DNA of 64,000 bases from Schizochytrium sp. TIO01 (Eukaryota; Protista; Bigyra: Labyrinthulomycetes): positions 1,798,001 to 1,862,000 of the forward strand of contig SMSO01000032.1 in the NCBI GenBank assembly GCA_004764695.1. The letters are read 5' to 3'. Both the position numbers and the translations under genes were made by a program. The notes beneath the pieces are model-generated. The model did no database searches, was not told the DNA's origin, and saw only the letters and a program-made list of their open reading frames with translations. Positions 46,988 through 61,000 of this stretch are shown piece by piece; the stretch's first letter is position 1, and every line of letters begins with the position of its first letter.

Positions 46988-47599
46988 GACGCTTCAAGTT
47001 TGGCAATAAATGGTCCTGTTCGATCAGTAAATGTATCTCGTGTGAAATTTAAATTTCGGAATTTTGAAATTTTGAAAATTCAAATCTTGAAAAATTTCCT
47101 TTTGCCACATTGCATTTTGCCACATTTGGAAAAACAAATTAGCATAGTACCTCGACGAAAGAACGATTCATACTCAAATCTTGAACGCCATGTTCCGCCA
47201 GGACCTTCTTTAAGAGTTCCGAGAAACCATATCCTCATCGCATTTAGAGCTAGCGTTCTTTGTTGAATTAAAAATAGTTGGTTTCCTTAATGCATGCCGA
47301 AATACTTGCAAGGGCCGACTAAAGACCAAATTGTACTCTTCATTACGAAAGAAAACAAAAGAATTGGAAAACACATCACAAAGATAGACTTTTTGGTTTG
47401 AGAATTGAGAACTAGAAAGAAAGCAAAGGATCGGGATCGTAGTAGGGATTGATATACACCAGCCAAAGCTCCACAAGTGCATGACAGAGATGTACTACTG
47501 CGGAGGTTGGTCCCACGAATCAAAATAACTCCTTCGCGCGACGAAAAGAAAAAAGACACAACATTGCTGCCCTACGCAGGCAGGCTAAATCGAATTGAC

Positions 47600-49525
47600 T
47601 TAGGCGTCAAGGCGGGGGTCGGAGAAAGCCGAGGGCTTGAAGATACCAAAGACGAACAAGCCGACAATGGTGCAAATAGTGAAGGTACCAATAATCTGGT
47701 AACCAGGACCGTAGCCTCCATACGGAGTGATGATAAGGTTAGAGAGACTTACAAGAGAAAGATAGCAGAGCACGGGGCACATGATGTAACGCATGTGGAA
47801 AACCCAAATGGTGGGCAGAGTCCAGTTGCCCGGTGCTCCCTCGGTGAGGGTCTCGTTGAAGAACTCCTTGAGAGTGTTGGGGCCCTTGAGGGTAATTGTC
47901 CAGAAAGCCTCTTTGAAGTCACCTCCGAGAGTGCGAGAGGCCAAGAGAGTCGGGATAATAAAAGAGAGGATTACAAAAAAGGCGCCAATGAATGGGATTC
48001 CAAAATACTCGCTGAACGGCATCCAGCTCGCACCATGGTTGTAATATCCAACACGAGCGTTGTGCTCGGGAAGGGCAATGGAGGTGAGAGTGAAGAACAC
48101 AATGCCAAACCAGAAGAGGGCAGCATGAAGGATAACCGGAAGGGATCCAACAGAGTCAACGCACTTGTCAATGCCGGCAATCCATCCACCAGCAACAGCC
48201 TCAGCAAAGCCCATAATGGCGAGACCAAGAGAAGACGCAAATCGATCCACAGTATCAAGAAGGAGATATCCAATGTCTGCGCAGTAGATAAAAGTGCACG
48301 CACAGCAGATCACACAGAAGATCAACACAAGCTTCTTGCGAGGGTAGTGGCCAAGCCAGTGGGTCTCGCGGAAGTTTAGTACACAGGATTCGAGGAGGGA
48401 GAATGCCGAATCAACACCGAGCATGTAAACCGTAATAAAGAAAAGGATGCAGAGCACATTAGCACCCGCAGATGGCACCATAGAAAGACCTGCCGGGTAG
48501 GCCACGAAAGCAAGACTAGGACCAGAGAGCAAACTCTCGGAGTTGAGGTATGCAATTGAGAGGCCAGACTGACCTGCCATATAGCCAACAACAGTAAACA
48601 CTGCGAAACCAGCCATAAATGAGAAGAGGGAGTTACAGCAAGCCACCACGACGGCATCTTGCAGAACGTTCTGGTTTCTTGGGTTCATGCTTGCAAAACC
48701 GGCCATGACACCAGCAGCAAGACTGAGCGAAAAGAAAATTTGAGAAAATGCATCAGCCCACATTTCACCATTCTGCAGTTGTGTCATGTCCCAAGTTCCA
48801 ATGTATGCGACTACACCTGCCTTTGCGTTGTCGAGGGTGCCACCAACGATAAGGAGAATGAAAAGAGTTCCCACAGGGAGAAGCACCGTAACCCAAACAG
48901 CCTTGGAAACAAAGTCTTGGCCATTGGTAAGAATAGCCCACACGGAGATCCACATCACAATGGAGCCGGCGAAAACATAAGAAGAAATAACTTCAGTGTG
49001 GCGGAAGTCGGACGAGTCGAATTTAAGAAGGTCGTAGAAGGCCTCCTGGGGCTTGGTGAATGTATCATTGCCAGTTACGCCGCGGATAGACCATGGCAAC
49101 GATGGGAAGAAGGACTCGACAAGCATAGCATTACTCCAGCCCATGATGACAGTGTAGTAGCCCACGATGTAAAATGCAATCAAGGCGGTACTGAGACCAA
49201 GGCCGGCAAGGCGTGGGTGAATCTTGCCAAAAGCTTGTGTTGCGGCACGGCGGTAACACTGGCCGAGGCAAAACTCAAGCTGGAGCAGAGGGATGCCGAC
49301 AACCACAAGAGCAAGCAAATAGGGAATGAAAAAGGCTCCACCACCATACTTGAAGGAGAGATAGGGGAAGCGCCAAAAGTTACCCAGACCAATGGCAGAT
49401 CCAACACTACCAAGGATGAAAGCAGTGCGCGAAGACCATGTCTCCTCCTTATTAGAGGTTTCGACCTCTTCGACGTATCCGCTTTCAGGGTCCACCTTGG
49501 AACCCGGAGCAGTAACCACGGACAT
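47600..49525 (-). CDS. Sodium-dependent transporter, SLC6/neurotransmitter:sodium symporter (SNF) family
   Basis: ETWSSRTAFILGSVGSAIGLGNFWRFPYL..YGGGAFFIPY..GIPLLQLE; WADAFSQIFFSLSL; GPSLAFVAYP; LGVDSAFS; about 12 TM helices. Confidence 0.95.
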   Translation of the reverse strand: MSVVTAPGSKVDPESGYVEEVETSNKEETWSSRTAFILGSVGSAIGLGNFWRFPYLSFKYGGGAFFIPYLLALVVVGIPLLQLEFCLGQCYRRAATQAFGKIHPRLAGLGLSTALIAFYIVGYYTVIMGWSNAMLVESFFPSLPWSIRGVTGNDTFTKPQEAFYDLLKFDSSDFRHTEVISSYVFAGSIVMWISVWAILTNGQDFVSKAVWVTVLLPVGTLFILLIVGGTLDNAKAGVVAYIGTWDMTQLQNGEMWADAFSQIFFSLSLAAGVMAGFASMNPRNQNVLQDAVVVACCNSLFSFMAGFAVFTVVGYMAGQSGLSIAYLNSESLLSGPSLAFVAYPAGLSMVPSAGANVLCILFFITVYMLGVDSAFSLLESCVLNFRETHWLGHYPRKKLVLIFCVICCACTFIYCADIGYLLLDTVDRFASSLGLAIMGFAEAVAGGWIAGIDKCVDSVGSLPVILHAALFWFGIVFFTLTSIALPEHNARVGYYNHGASWMPFSEYFGIPFIGAFFVILSFIIPTLLASRTLGGDFKEAFWTITLKGPNTLKEFFNETLTEGAPGNWTLPTIWVFHMRYIMCPVLCYLSLVSLSNLIITPYGGYGPGYQIIGTFTICTIVGLFVFGIFKPSAFSDPRLDA

Positions 49526-49619
49526 GATTCTTGGGGGTGCAAACTAGTAAAGAGCTCTGTTTTGCTTTTATTCAAAGATACACACTACTCAAGTAGCCTT
49601 TTGCTGCTTGAGATGGTAT

Positions 49620-49677
49620 ATTTGGTTTTGGTTTTGGTTTTGGTTTTGGTTTGGTTTTGGTTTTGGTTTTGGTTTTG
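49620..49677. repeat. (TTTTGG)n microsatellite upstream of the SLC6 gene
   Basis: About 9 perfect hexamer units. Confidence 0.9.
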
Positions 49678-52600
49678 TAGCCATGGGACTTTCACATCTT
49701 CAAGATGAGGTGTTTCATATATTTACAGATGCGCATAAGTGGATCTGGGAAATTCTACTTAGCCAAAACATTAGAGTGGTCTGTGAGGGACACACAAGGA
49801 TTGAATTTGCAATTCATCCACTACAACTCCTTTAAAAAAGGATTAAAGACAAGACATGAAAACTAAGCATTACCCAAGAAGGAAGAAGACATGCACACTA
49901 CAGAAAGCCTTATGTTCAATTGAAACAAATGGGCGTAAGCAGAGGAGAAAAAAGTGTAGTTTCATGTTGCGTAGAGATGATCGCGAACACATGAAAGAGA
50001 GACAGTGGGGAGTCACCCCACTGGGTGTATCTGGGAGTGATGAAAGCTAGAACAGGCACTGTTTACTACTAGGATTACGAAAAGTTTTATTTTGACTTTT
50101 AAAAACATAACAGATCAAAAAATTAAAAGTAAAAGTAAATATTAAGAATAAAAGAAAGAAGGTAAAATGTAGTCAAAATTACAGAGCTAGTTGTTTATGC
50201 ATTTAGCCGACTCTTTTCCTTTCTGTTTCTGTCTGTAATGCGTGGATCTTTTTCTTGGCGTATGCATAAAAAAGAAAAATTGTTGCATTAAACCTAATAA
50301 GTACTTGGAACGCATCAAATTAAAGGAAGCAAAACAATCGAAAAAGAAAGTAGTTGTAAATATGAATTGTCATTCGGCATCCTTTATTACCTTTTCATCT
50401 TTCGGGTTGGAAGTTCATGACTAACTTACAAATACAAACTTCCTCCTTATGAATTCCACATTATTATTGTTATGACTATTATTAGTGGTAGTATTGTTGT
50501 TGCTATATAAAAGCAATACTAATTTTAAGGAAATGAAAGTAGAACAGACTAAAAGTGGAGCATTCACTTTATTATGATTATTATTACTATTGTTATTGCT
50601 ATTATTCTTTCTTCTTTTTTTCAAAGAAGGTAGCGATCGTATCGATTCTGACAACCATCATGAGTTCTGGTCGCTTGCTACAGCACATTCTTTCGCATCA
50701 GGTCACGTTAGATAGGCGAACGTAGCAGCTAAGCTACTCATCTTTCAAGTCTATGGAGGGGCAATGGCAATGGCACGAGGCCTCTGCTTCTATGTCAGGT
50801 GAAGATGAAGCATTTCTTATGAAAAGCTGTATCTTATCATCTTAGGCTTAGTCCAGGGTGCCATTTGGCCAGACTCTAAAGCATAGATGCTAGCACGCTA
50901 CACGCAACGCGACGAGCATTAGTATCCAGGCGCCTACCTAGATGCGTCAGGAGAGCTCAGAGCCATAACAATTTACTCCCCCTAAGGCGGCATCCAGGTG
51001 CGTACCTACGCTTATAAAATCAACAGACCCATCTTCGGTTCGAGCTTGGCGCTGTCCTACGGCTTCATTTCCTCAGGTTTACACGGAAGATGAAAAAAAC
51101 AAACAAACTCGCTAAAACAAGAGAACCTTGGCCGTCTATTCTGGGCTTGAAAACCCCACCATCGCTCTAAGTATTTGTAGACTTGCTTGTTTCCTTCTAC
51201 TAAAAGGCACTGCACGCTGTTCTTTGATTTATAAAAAGTACATAGGTGCAAAGAGAGGCTAGTGCGAAGCAAAGGTGGGTGCCATTCCTCTCCTTTTCAT
51301 ATAGTTATCTCCAGGCGCGCCCCACTGCCATCGTCTGCTGGTTTGCCGGGAGGTGCAGACCGAGTGACGAATCGTCGGTCACCAGGTGGTGGCTTTCCAG
51401 GAGTTTTGGCAAAGCAGCCAGGCATTCAAGAGATCGATCGGTGGCTTCTCTGTCAGTGCTCGTGATTCCTTCCACGCGGACCAAGAACTGCCTGCCTGCC
51501 TCGGCATGTCCTGACGAGCAAGTTCGCGCACTCCAAGTTGGAGAAAGGCGACTGCTCGAGAATTGAGTGCTGAACGACAATCTGCCTCTGCTCTTATTTA
51601 TGGCTGTCATTGTGCTTAGTGCTCTTTTCTCCATCCCTTCGTTGGCGAAGATCTATTTACAAATCAAAGCCTTCAGCAGAAAGAAATAAGTGATGATGGC
51701 GATGATTCTCGACTCGCTGGTGAGAAAGATCTCACCTCTTTCGTACGCTGCATCACTAAACGAGTGAGTCCCAAGGTCGTTTCTTAAAAACCAAATTAAA
51801 ACAAAGTCATGGCCGCTGCTAGGGTAAGCGCTAGCCAGCGGCTACTGTAGGTAGGGCACGAGCCCACGAAAGAGGAAAATTGAGGCGGCAGAAGGTAAAA
51901 TTAATATAAATTAGATAAATTAGATTACATGAAGCCCAGTGTTGAAGAATAGAAGCGAAATGGGGCGCCTGAGTTGGAGTCGGTAGTACCTGCAGGGTCC
52001 TGAGCCGCTCGGAGGCTGATCTGTGTCCTGGGTGGCTGGCTCATTGATCGCTTTTGCATAAGCATATTCCAAGCAATTCAATTTGGGCAGTTCTTTTTTT
52101 ATCGTAAATCATCTCCTAGATGAAAAACAAATTATTTGCTTCGCCTCGCGTCGCGTAGGTTAGCTTTGCTTTGCTCTGTTTTCTTTTCTTTCTCCTTACT
52201 GATAAAGTAAGAAAGCGCTTCAGAAATGACTGTTGTAGGTCTTCCTTCTTCTTCCTCCACGGCGAGGAGTCTTCTACCCCTTTGCTATACACGTGCACAC
52301 ACTTTTTTAATTTAAGATTTTAAATCTCCTTTTAAAGAAACAATTCAAGAATACAAGGCAGAGAAAACGAGTTTAATTTAATAAAATATAATACAATTTT
52401 TAAAATGTGTAGAGCATGTGATTTCTATAGAAAACTATCTACATCAAAAGATAGGTTATCTACGTTCTGTTGCAGGAAGATGTACGATTTCTGCTCGTAC
52501 TTGCGAGTAGGTAGGTAAATGGGCAATCTTGGTGTTGCTAGAGACTGTTCTTGCCCACGGATTTGTCTCGAAAACGAAGTACTTTTGAAACAATAAAATC

Positions 52601-55566
52601 TACTTTTGAAACAAACAATGAATGGTATAGGGAGACTCGAAAATCGGCCGGTGTCATAAAGGTCACGATGGATCTTCAAGGCTTACGGGATTCTTGAACT
52701 TGCTGTAAAATTCTCTCATGACTTAGCTTGGGCAATTTGTTATAAATAACTACTTCTAGTAATTTGCAACTACTAAGATTGAACTGACTCAATTAAGATG
52801 TTTTGACGGAATGTTGCTTTGCTAGTCTTGCTCGTCGATTCATTAAGTCATTTACTCTATCTTTCGTGCTCGCTTTGCGGGAATTTCATACGTAAGATCG
52901 ACTGGACTTCCTCCTACATCTTTTGGATGTACTCACAATGACAGATTGAGAGGTGGCAGGGCTCATTCTAGCTGCTACGGTCTCAAACAGTTGCGTTTTA
53001 GCAAAACTCCAAGGGGCTCATCTTTTTCAATTGGGTTGATCTTGGCAGAGTTTGGTTATAACGCCGTATGATGTCCTACTTAATCACCTTGGGCTTTCAA
53101 AGTAGATTACAAAACATAATAACGATGGAAAGTTAAAATCTTGAAATTGGAGTGCACACTCCCCTGACTGAAAACCTGGTCCGGGAGACTCTCCGGCACT
53201 CCTAATGCGTTTTCTCAAAAACAAACAAACAAAGGTAGATAGATAGATAGATAGACGCGTAGATAAAAGAAAGAAATCAATACTCACTCATTCCATCCCG
53301 ATCTCTGCGATTTGCAAGCGTCAGAGCTTTGCGAAGGGTCTCCTTGAAAGTACACAACCCGACTTAAAGAGCGCCCAAACCGGTCGGGCTCGACGACAGG
53401 CGCCATCACAACCTACTAGCTAGCTGCTGCCACGGCTCGTCTGCTGGTCTCTGTTCGTAGTCTTGACCTGGGTCTTCCGTGTTGCTGCCGAGAACAGCTG
53501 GTAGTGGAATGCAGTGAAAGTAATTTGGCGGTCTCACTTGCTCGCACAAGCAAGAACCTCTTAAGCGAGAGCGTTCTTGCACGTAGGTAGATAAGTAGGT
53601 AGGTAGGAGGTACCTTCTTTCTCCACTGATCTATCTATACCATCAAGCTTTTGCAGCCAATCTCGGGAATTGGGATCACTGCCACCTTTCAGGGTTTACC
53701 ATATTTAGCGAACATGCATGCGACGAGTCAGCCTGCTGAGTACCTATGCCGTACAGAGAGAGCTAGGGAAGCAGGGTGACAGCTGTTTACCTTGATCCCG
53801 CAGGGTTCTTTCTTGGAATTTCAATTGACTGTTCTGCAATGGCAATTGCAATCAAGGACGAGGGTTATATCATATCTTTAATTAAAATTATTTTAAATAA
53901 AAGAAAATAGTGGCTAGGTTTCCCCTTTCCCTATTCGCAAACATGACACTACTAGTAGTTTAGTAGTGAGGTAGGTACCCACCTACTAAACTCTAAAAGG
54001 AAAGAAAAGCGTAACCGAAATAAAACGATTATGTAAAGTGCAGGCGCAGGTTTATCAATATTCTGATTCCAATTTGTTCAGTATCTCGCTTGTTGGGATG
54101 ATTATCGTGATTATCATTCTGTTCGTCTTGTTAGCTGGCAGCCTTGCGTTCTCGTGAGTTTCGATCGATCACAACGAGCTCAAAGGTTACGTTTTCTGCT
54201 TTTCTTCTGAGCAAGTACTGCCTTTGTAGGGTTTGACGATTATTTGTTACTCATAGGCGACGCGTTGTAATCGCGGGCGGCATTAGACTGCGGACGCTGT
54301 CGAAGTAGGGATAAAGATAGTATGGGTTTGGAAAAGTTATCGAGGGACTTGTCATGGCGCTGACTAAAGTTGCATCGCACGCGCAAATTCAGGCAGTTTG
54401 AAGACTCGAGGTAACATCTTCTTTGCATCAGTTGACAGAACTTTGGAGTTTAACGAGCAAAGGCACGGCAGCTAAATAATCTGTACTGAAAATTCACAAA
54501 ACAAATAAATCAACGCGATGCTTTTTTTACTTTTACTTTTTTTTTTTGTTCAGCATATCTTAGCTGGGAAGAACGTGCTCAAAGGTTGAAGGATCGACCA
54601 TGAAAAGCTGGACAGCTTCGATCACCTTATAATTATGTATATATTTAATTTTACAAAGACAATTTTATAAAAATAAATTTTAAACTAATATAAAATGAAT
54701 AATATGTTACTTTTATTTTAAAATATTTATGTAGAAAGTAATAGTGCACTTCTTCTTCCAAAAGAAAAGAAAAGAAAGAAAAACAAACCACAGTGTTTTC
54801 AATTTGTCGCCCGTGGCTAGGTCAACTTCAAACGGAGCTTAAATTACTCAACATCGTGCGCTGATTGTGGTTTTCGAGCATTGCTTGAAGATTGCTTCGA
54901 ACATTTGCTTTCCGTGAAGCCGGCAACAGCGATTGCCGTGATTTACATGTAATCTCCTGGACTTGTATTACTGACCTGATTCATTTTTTCTGAACATTTA
55001 ATCGCCTTTCAACTTCTCAATTCGCATGCCTGTCCTTGAAAGCCGCACAAAGATCTTGCACGGCTCACTCTGATCGCAATTGCAACTGCGCGCTAAACAA
55101 CATGCTCTGCTCGAGAGGCCTGAAAATTCAAGGATATATCTGGACTCAATCCACGCAGTACCTGCCAATCTCAATGAACTACAATAAGCTCCATCCTGCA
55201 TTCATTCCCTTCATAATATACGTTGTCCATTTACTAAAAGGTGGTCGTCATGTGGCTTGTTGCAGATGTCTTGGCTCGATGAGGCGGGTCCCGAGACAAG
55301 CCCTGGCACAAATAGGCAGCCGTGGCGCACACTTTCAAGCCTAGCCCCAAAGGGTCTTCGTACCAACCGAAGTCTTTGCGATGTCCAATCTAGAGTTCCC
55401 GCTCAGTCGAGAGAAAGGCTCGGCCGTTGTTTGTTTTGTTTCCCTGAGCCATTTCGAAACGTTGAGAGCCACGGTCACGTGGTGGCGAACCTGCGACTGC
55501 CTGAGTTTCTCGAACCGCTTTAGAGAGAAGCAGCAGCGGAAAACACGGAATTCAAGCCTGGATTCT

Positions 55567-55632
55567 GATCTTGAACTTGATCTTGAACTTGATCTTGATC
55601 TTGAACTTGATGTTGATCTTGATCTTGATCTT
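55567..55632. repeat. (GAWCTT)n degenerate hexamer repeat
   Basis: About 11 units alternating gatctt/gaactt. Confidence 0.85.
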
Positions 55633-58021
55633 GTTTGCTTGTTCGCTTGTTCGCTTATTGACTACTGCTCGCCCGCCACCCTGCAGCTGCGGTCGGCGAG
55701 CAGCCCGTGGCTGTCGGCGAGCAGTCCTGGTCCCAGGACCCCGAGGCCGCTGCCTGCCAGCTTCCACGGCAACACGGCTTGTCGGTAGAACGTCGCCTAG
55801 CAAACACTTACTCATCAACATCAACACCATCATTTGAATGGAAGAAGGAGAGTATGAAAGAAAGAAAGAAAGAAAGAAAAAAAAAGAGAGTGTTAACTAA
55901 CTGCAATCGAATATAAAATGTCAAGGTGTGTAATCGCGGCACGGAGTAAGTCTCCAAGAAAATGAATGAAGTGATGAAGAAGTACAGCTGTCGATAGCTT
56001 GACAGGCGGGTTTGATGCTGCAAACCTCTTCTTGCGTCAGTTGCATCTACTTAAAACATGACAACGACTGCTATATAGGTAGGCATAATCAGCCTGGCTT
56101 TGCTTCTTCATTCCACGTTATATTTCTTATGTTAATTATTTAATTTTAATAATAATAAATTAAAAAATCATGATCGTGATCATCGATTACCAGGAAAGAA
56201 AGGAAGGAAGAAAGGAAGGTGGAAAAAGTAAAAAGTAAGAAAAAGAGTCTATCAGAGATCTTTAGGCCACCCTAGCGAATAAGATTAGAACTGTCTGGCT
56301 CGCGCCCGAACGCCGCGAGCCACAGTTCGTTGCTGCATTCTCGACTCGATTCGTCACTTGCCGCCGTGAACGTTGTTTTGATCTGATTTTCAAGACCTGG
56401 TATTTAAAATTAAAAAAGGTGAATGAACCATGGAATGAATGAAGAAAGAGAAAGTAGCTAGTAATTTAATTTCGCTTCTTCGCTTTCGCTTTTCGCTTCA
56501 GATTGATGTTCTGAGGTGACACGCGGCGCCCTCTATCTCCTAGCTAGCGAGCTAGCAGGTCACTGCGACGGCAACCGGGCACCTCCAAAAGTGCGCACCG
56601 GCTTCGGACACCCATGACTACTCACCGCCCGCGTCAGCAGCATGCTAGCACGAGTTTCTTTCCGAGACGACCTCGCTGCCTCGTGCTCATATGGAACGAG
56701 TGTCTTCGGAAGAGGTAGTCGATGAAAATGCCTCTCAGGCAATTGCAGACAAAATAGCTAGGTTGCCATATGCATAGTATTCAGGATGATTAGTGGATAG
56801 GCAGAGGTAGGGAGGGTACTTTCTTTTATGTCGGCGAGGTATCTTTTGGGGATGGTAAATACTTGGCGGGGCAGAGGTGGCGCCAAATCAGCCTCGGTAG
56901 CAATAGCAGGGCCAGGGAAGTTATATATTTTACAAGCATTCTGTCGCAGCATTCCAACTCCAAGACGGAGGACTGTATGTTTCATTTCTTAATTCAATGG
57001 TAATATGATTTTTTTCAATTTATTCAATTAAAAGGAAGGTTGAAATCGAGGCGGGGAAATTCCAAAAAAGTCCATGTAATCTTTTGATCTCATTTTTTTT
57101 TAAATTAAAGAAGTCAATAAGATGGCTGAGCAACACAAGGAAAGGCAGAGTTAGAATAACTATCCTTTCAACCGTTCCGGAGTTCGGGCAAGCTTGAAAT
57201 TGGGGCTCTTTTGAGACTCTCCTAGCGCATATTTAAAGAATAGCCAGCACTGCATATCTTGAATTACTAATCACTTTGCAGGAATGGGTGGCAAGCTACC
57301 CTTAAGAAGCTGAACATATATCACATCCAATTGAAAAGAGCAATGAAATGTTAATTAGGTTGAACCAAATAATCGTACCTCTAAATGATGCGAAGGAGTT
57401 TAGCCGCGAAAATCAGTAGCGAACATAAACGAACGAGAAGATACCTAACAGTATAAAACCCATTATGGCAAGGGTCATCAAATCCGTACTGCAGCAAACT
57501 TGAAAGATCAAAAAGCCTTCTTATCTGATCTCGTTTCTATGAACAAAACACGATTCTCGACGAAGTATAGCACAGGTCACCACTTTATGTAATTATAATA
57601 CTAGTACTTTCATAAGTCAGATTTTTTAGCTTCACTCCTGCTTGGATAATCTATCATATTCTAAAAATACATGCAACCGTGACTACTAATATGCGATGTT
57701 AATGATAAATAAAAAAATTAATAAAACACTGCTCTCAGCACAAGAAGGGTAAGAAAGCTCATTTTACCCCCTGACGAATCAGCGAAACAAACGCAAACTG
57801 TACCTACTTTGCAACCACAAACTGTACCTGCTTTGCGACCTCTCTCAGAGGTTTCCGTAATTTGCTTGAATTATGGAAACCACGGCTCGCGGCGTCCGCC
57901 AACTTCTTGCTGGTAGGAAGTAGGGAAGCGTGCACAAATTTCACTGCGAGGAGCGGATAAGTTGAACGTTGAACCTGTTTTTCGCAGTACTTACTCTTTA
58001 AAAAACTTTTTAAAAATAATA

Positions 58022-58060
58022 ATATATATATATATATTTATAGAGAGAGAGAGAGAGAGA
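58022..58060. repeat. Compound (TA)n-(GA)n microsatellite
   Basis: Run of ta followed by run of ga. Confidence 0.8.
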
Positions 58061-61000
58061 AAAAAAATAGCTTAATACTAAGTAGAAGTGTGATAAACGC
58101 CAAGTAGTATTCAGCATTCGACTCGAAAGGTAGTACTAGTAGCCTAATATGACCAAAGGCTAGGAGCTGTGCCTTTATAATTTTTAGCTGGGCTTCTTGG
58201 CTTGATACCAAGACGGTAAAGCTCGGGTTTTTGTTTATTTGTTGCAATTGTCTACTATGCTACAAGTTGCTTTCCCCCCCCTTTTAAATTTAAATTTAAT
58301 CTATCCTTTTGTTTATTTGAACAAAGTCAACACTTGAACAAATAGCGCACGCAGTGGTCGGCCTCTTCCATGGTTAGTCCAGAATCAGAAACAAGCAAAC
58401 ACTCTGTTCTCAGGTGGCATCCACAACTTGAAGTCTTGTTTTCCCGGCTATATACTTCTAAGTCCGAAAGCTAATAAGATAAGGGGCTTATCGAATCGTG
58501 AGGGACTGACACTACGATCAGGAGAATCACAGTTCTGTATTTGAATAGCTAAAAGAAAACAAATGCTGACTAAAACACATGCGTTATTTACTTTAAGTCA
58601 ATTAGACCTAACTCACCCGCCTAATAAGCTAATTAAAGAAGAGTAGGAGCACACAACTCCGTTGTGCACCCGGAATAAGTCACTAGATTAACTCTAGAGA
58701 ATATAACTTAAAGTGGCAATGGGTTTAGAGATGTCAGAGCAACCTTCAAGAAACACCATGTATGAACTCAAGATGCTTCAAGTTAAAAAAAAAAGACGCT
58801 GAGGGTGTATGCCATTTCGAGTGACGAAGCTTGCTAAAGTGTTGGACCTCCTTTTAATTTGTATGGAGCCTCCCTATTGACACTAAGTTTCAAATGACGC
58901 AGTCCATTTCTATTGTTTGAGCATGGGTACTGCGTAGTTAATGCCAACTAAGAAATAACACACTGCCCTTTCGTAGATTAGTTTCATAAGTGCACCTCTC
59001 CGATTTGAGGGATCGCATACATAAGAATAAATGGATTGATAAAGTAGGCAAAATAACGAAACAATTCCATTTTCTCGCTTGGCCAAAAGTATGATACGGT
59101 TGCATCCTTCATGCAAGCAAGAAACAACTGTGATTCATACGAACCAACTGCGGAGCCTAAAGTTTGTAATTGGCTTGACAATAATATATCACTTAACTTG
59201 AATACAAACGACTACCCAGGCTAGGTAAGCAAATCTAGAGTCCATTCCTTACTAACATTGGACCTACCACTCTTTCTTACGCGTGAAAGAAACTATCCAA
59301 ATAACACAGTTAGGTTTAGCGCCTTAGTTGAATTCAAACCTGCGTCACACGCAGTCACAGCTTTGATCATCGACTCTAATACATAAAAAATAGGGATAAA
59401 TGATTGCGTAGTGAATTTAGCCACAGGTAAATACTTGCAACATTTTTTTAGCATATACTACTGGCTCCAATCCAGCATAACAAATTTCAGAAGAAGCTAT
59501 ATTCAGTCTCCAGTTCTTCGATCGCCAAGATACACACTTTCTTCTGATCTGGAAGCGATAGTTACAAACGTATGTGAGCGAGCGCAGATACTATTTTTCC
59601 CTCCCTGTTATATAAGCCAGTTTGCTGCACGTGCGTAGTAGAGGAAATGAAAACACAGCAAAGCAATTGTACAGGTCAGAAACCAGGGTTTTCCTTGTTG
59701 TTTTCATTATTTAGAAAGAAAAAAAGGAAATTAAAATCCTGAAATTTGCACATCATCGATCATACCGTCGTTTTCAAACGTTAAGTTTTATTGTGAATCA
59801 ACTTCGCACGTCCTTCAAACCTTCGCTCAAAATGGCATGATGCATTAGTACTAGGTGCCTATTCTCTTGATGTCAGATTTATGTTTGCGCCTGTGATCAA
59901 CCATGTTAAATTGCATTTACTCTATTGTATCGAATGTTACCTTCAAAACCAATAACTCGATTTCCTGTCAAATTCTGAGTATCAACTTCTAAAGTAGCAT
60001 ACAACAAGTAGTGAGTTCCCAAGGTTGAACAAACACAGTCTTCCTTTCTTCTCTATCGACATTCAATATGCTCGAGTACCAACTATTTCTCCTAATAGTC
60101 GGTCGGCGCCCAGATGAAAATCTACTTGAAAGGTCAATTTTTAATTTAAAAAAGTTATGAAAAAAAAAATAACATATCTTTAAAATTAAAATTATATATT
60201 GACTGCATATTATTTGTGTTCCGGGGGCAAACAGTACTTAAATTTAAGATAGAAAACAATTGGAAGTGTTAGCAGTGTGAACTGGGTTTTCTTTCCTTTC
60301 ACTGCCACTCTTCCAATAATTCTTCCTTCCTCTCCCACACCTGAGGCCATGTCGAAAACCAGGTTAAAAACCGCAAGGGTGATTAATAAATGTAGTTCTA
60401 AAGAAGTGTTTCCGCTAGGCTTTTCTATAGGAATCAAAGAGCCTGCCCATGAACCTGCTAGGAGACGTAATCGCCACACTTGTAGGCAGAGAGCAAGCGC
60501 TATGAGGCCCATGGTCGTCCTCTATTTCTTCATATCTCATGCTATCCTATCCAGTACCTTCAATTGGCCATGATAATTTATGTCAAGAGATCCCAGCGAT
60601 CAATTCCACGGGGATATCCAAGCGTGTTGTTCGCAAATGTTGCAACTATTCACTATCTGCCACGCGGTCAATTTAACAGGAATAGTAGCACTGAGACCCT
60701 CGATAAAACTTTAATTATTTAAAATATATAAAAAATACCACTTAAAAACTACCTACTAAATTTTATTATGACAACTAACCAAAACTGCTAAAGAGGTGGC
60801 AAACCGGCGGGTTTTAAATAGCAATAGTTCAGCAGCAGTGATTCTTTTTACCCGAATCGCAGCAGGAGTAGGTATGATACAAGGGATGGTAGTAAATATG
60901 GTGGTAGAGATGGTAGTATGTGTGATAGTAGAAGTGGTAGTAGGTATATTAGGTATAGGTCTCTATATGTTTTATTTACTCCTGCTTATAAGAGCTTCTG

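Noticed and set aside
49620-49677. (TTTTGG)n as an interstitial telomere
   Set aside because: Short, next to a gene 5' end, and similar simple repeats occur near other genes. The organism's telomere unit is unknown.
47477-49708. Long plus-strand ORFs of 300 and 349 aa
   Set aside because: Antisense shadows of the clearly conserved SLC6 gene, with no motifs of their own.
55552-55837. ORFs with LDLELD / KIKIKF / NLILNL runs
   Set aside because: Translations of a hexamer microsatellite.
57792-57840. Two imperfect ~24-bp direct repeats (caaactgtacct.ctttgc.acc)
   Set aside because: Only two adjacent units with no spacer: a local tandem duplication, not a CRISPR-like array.
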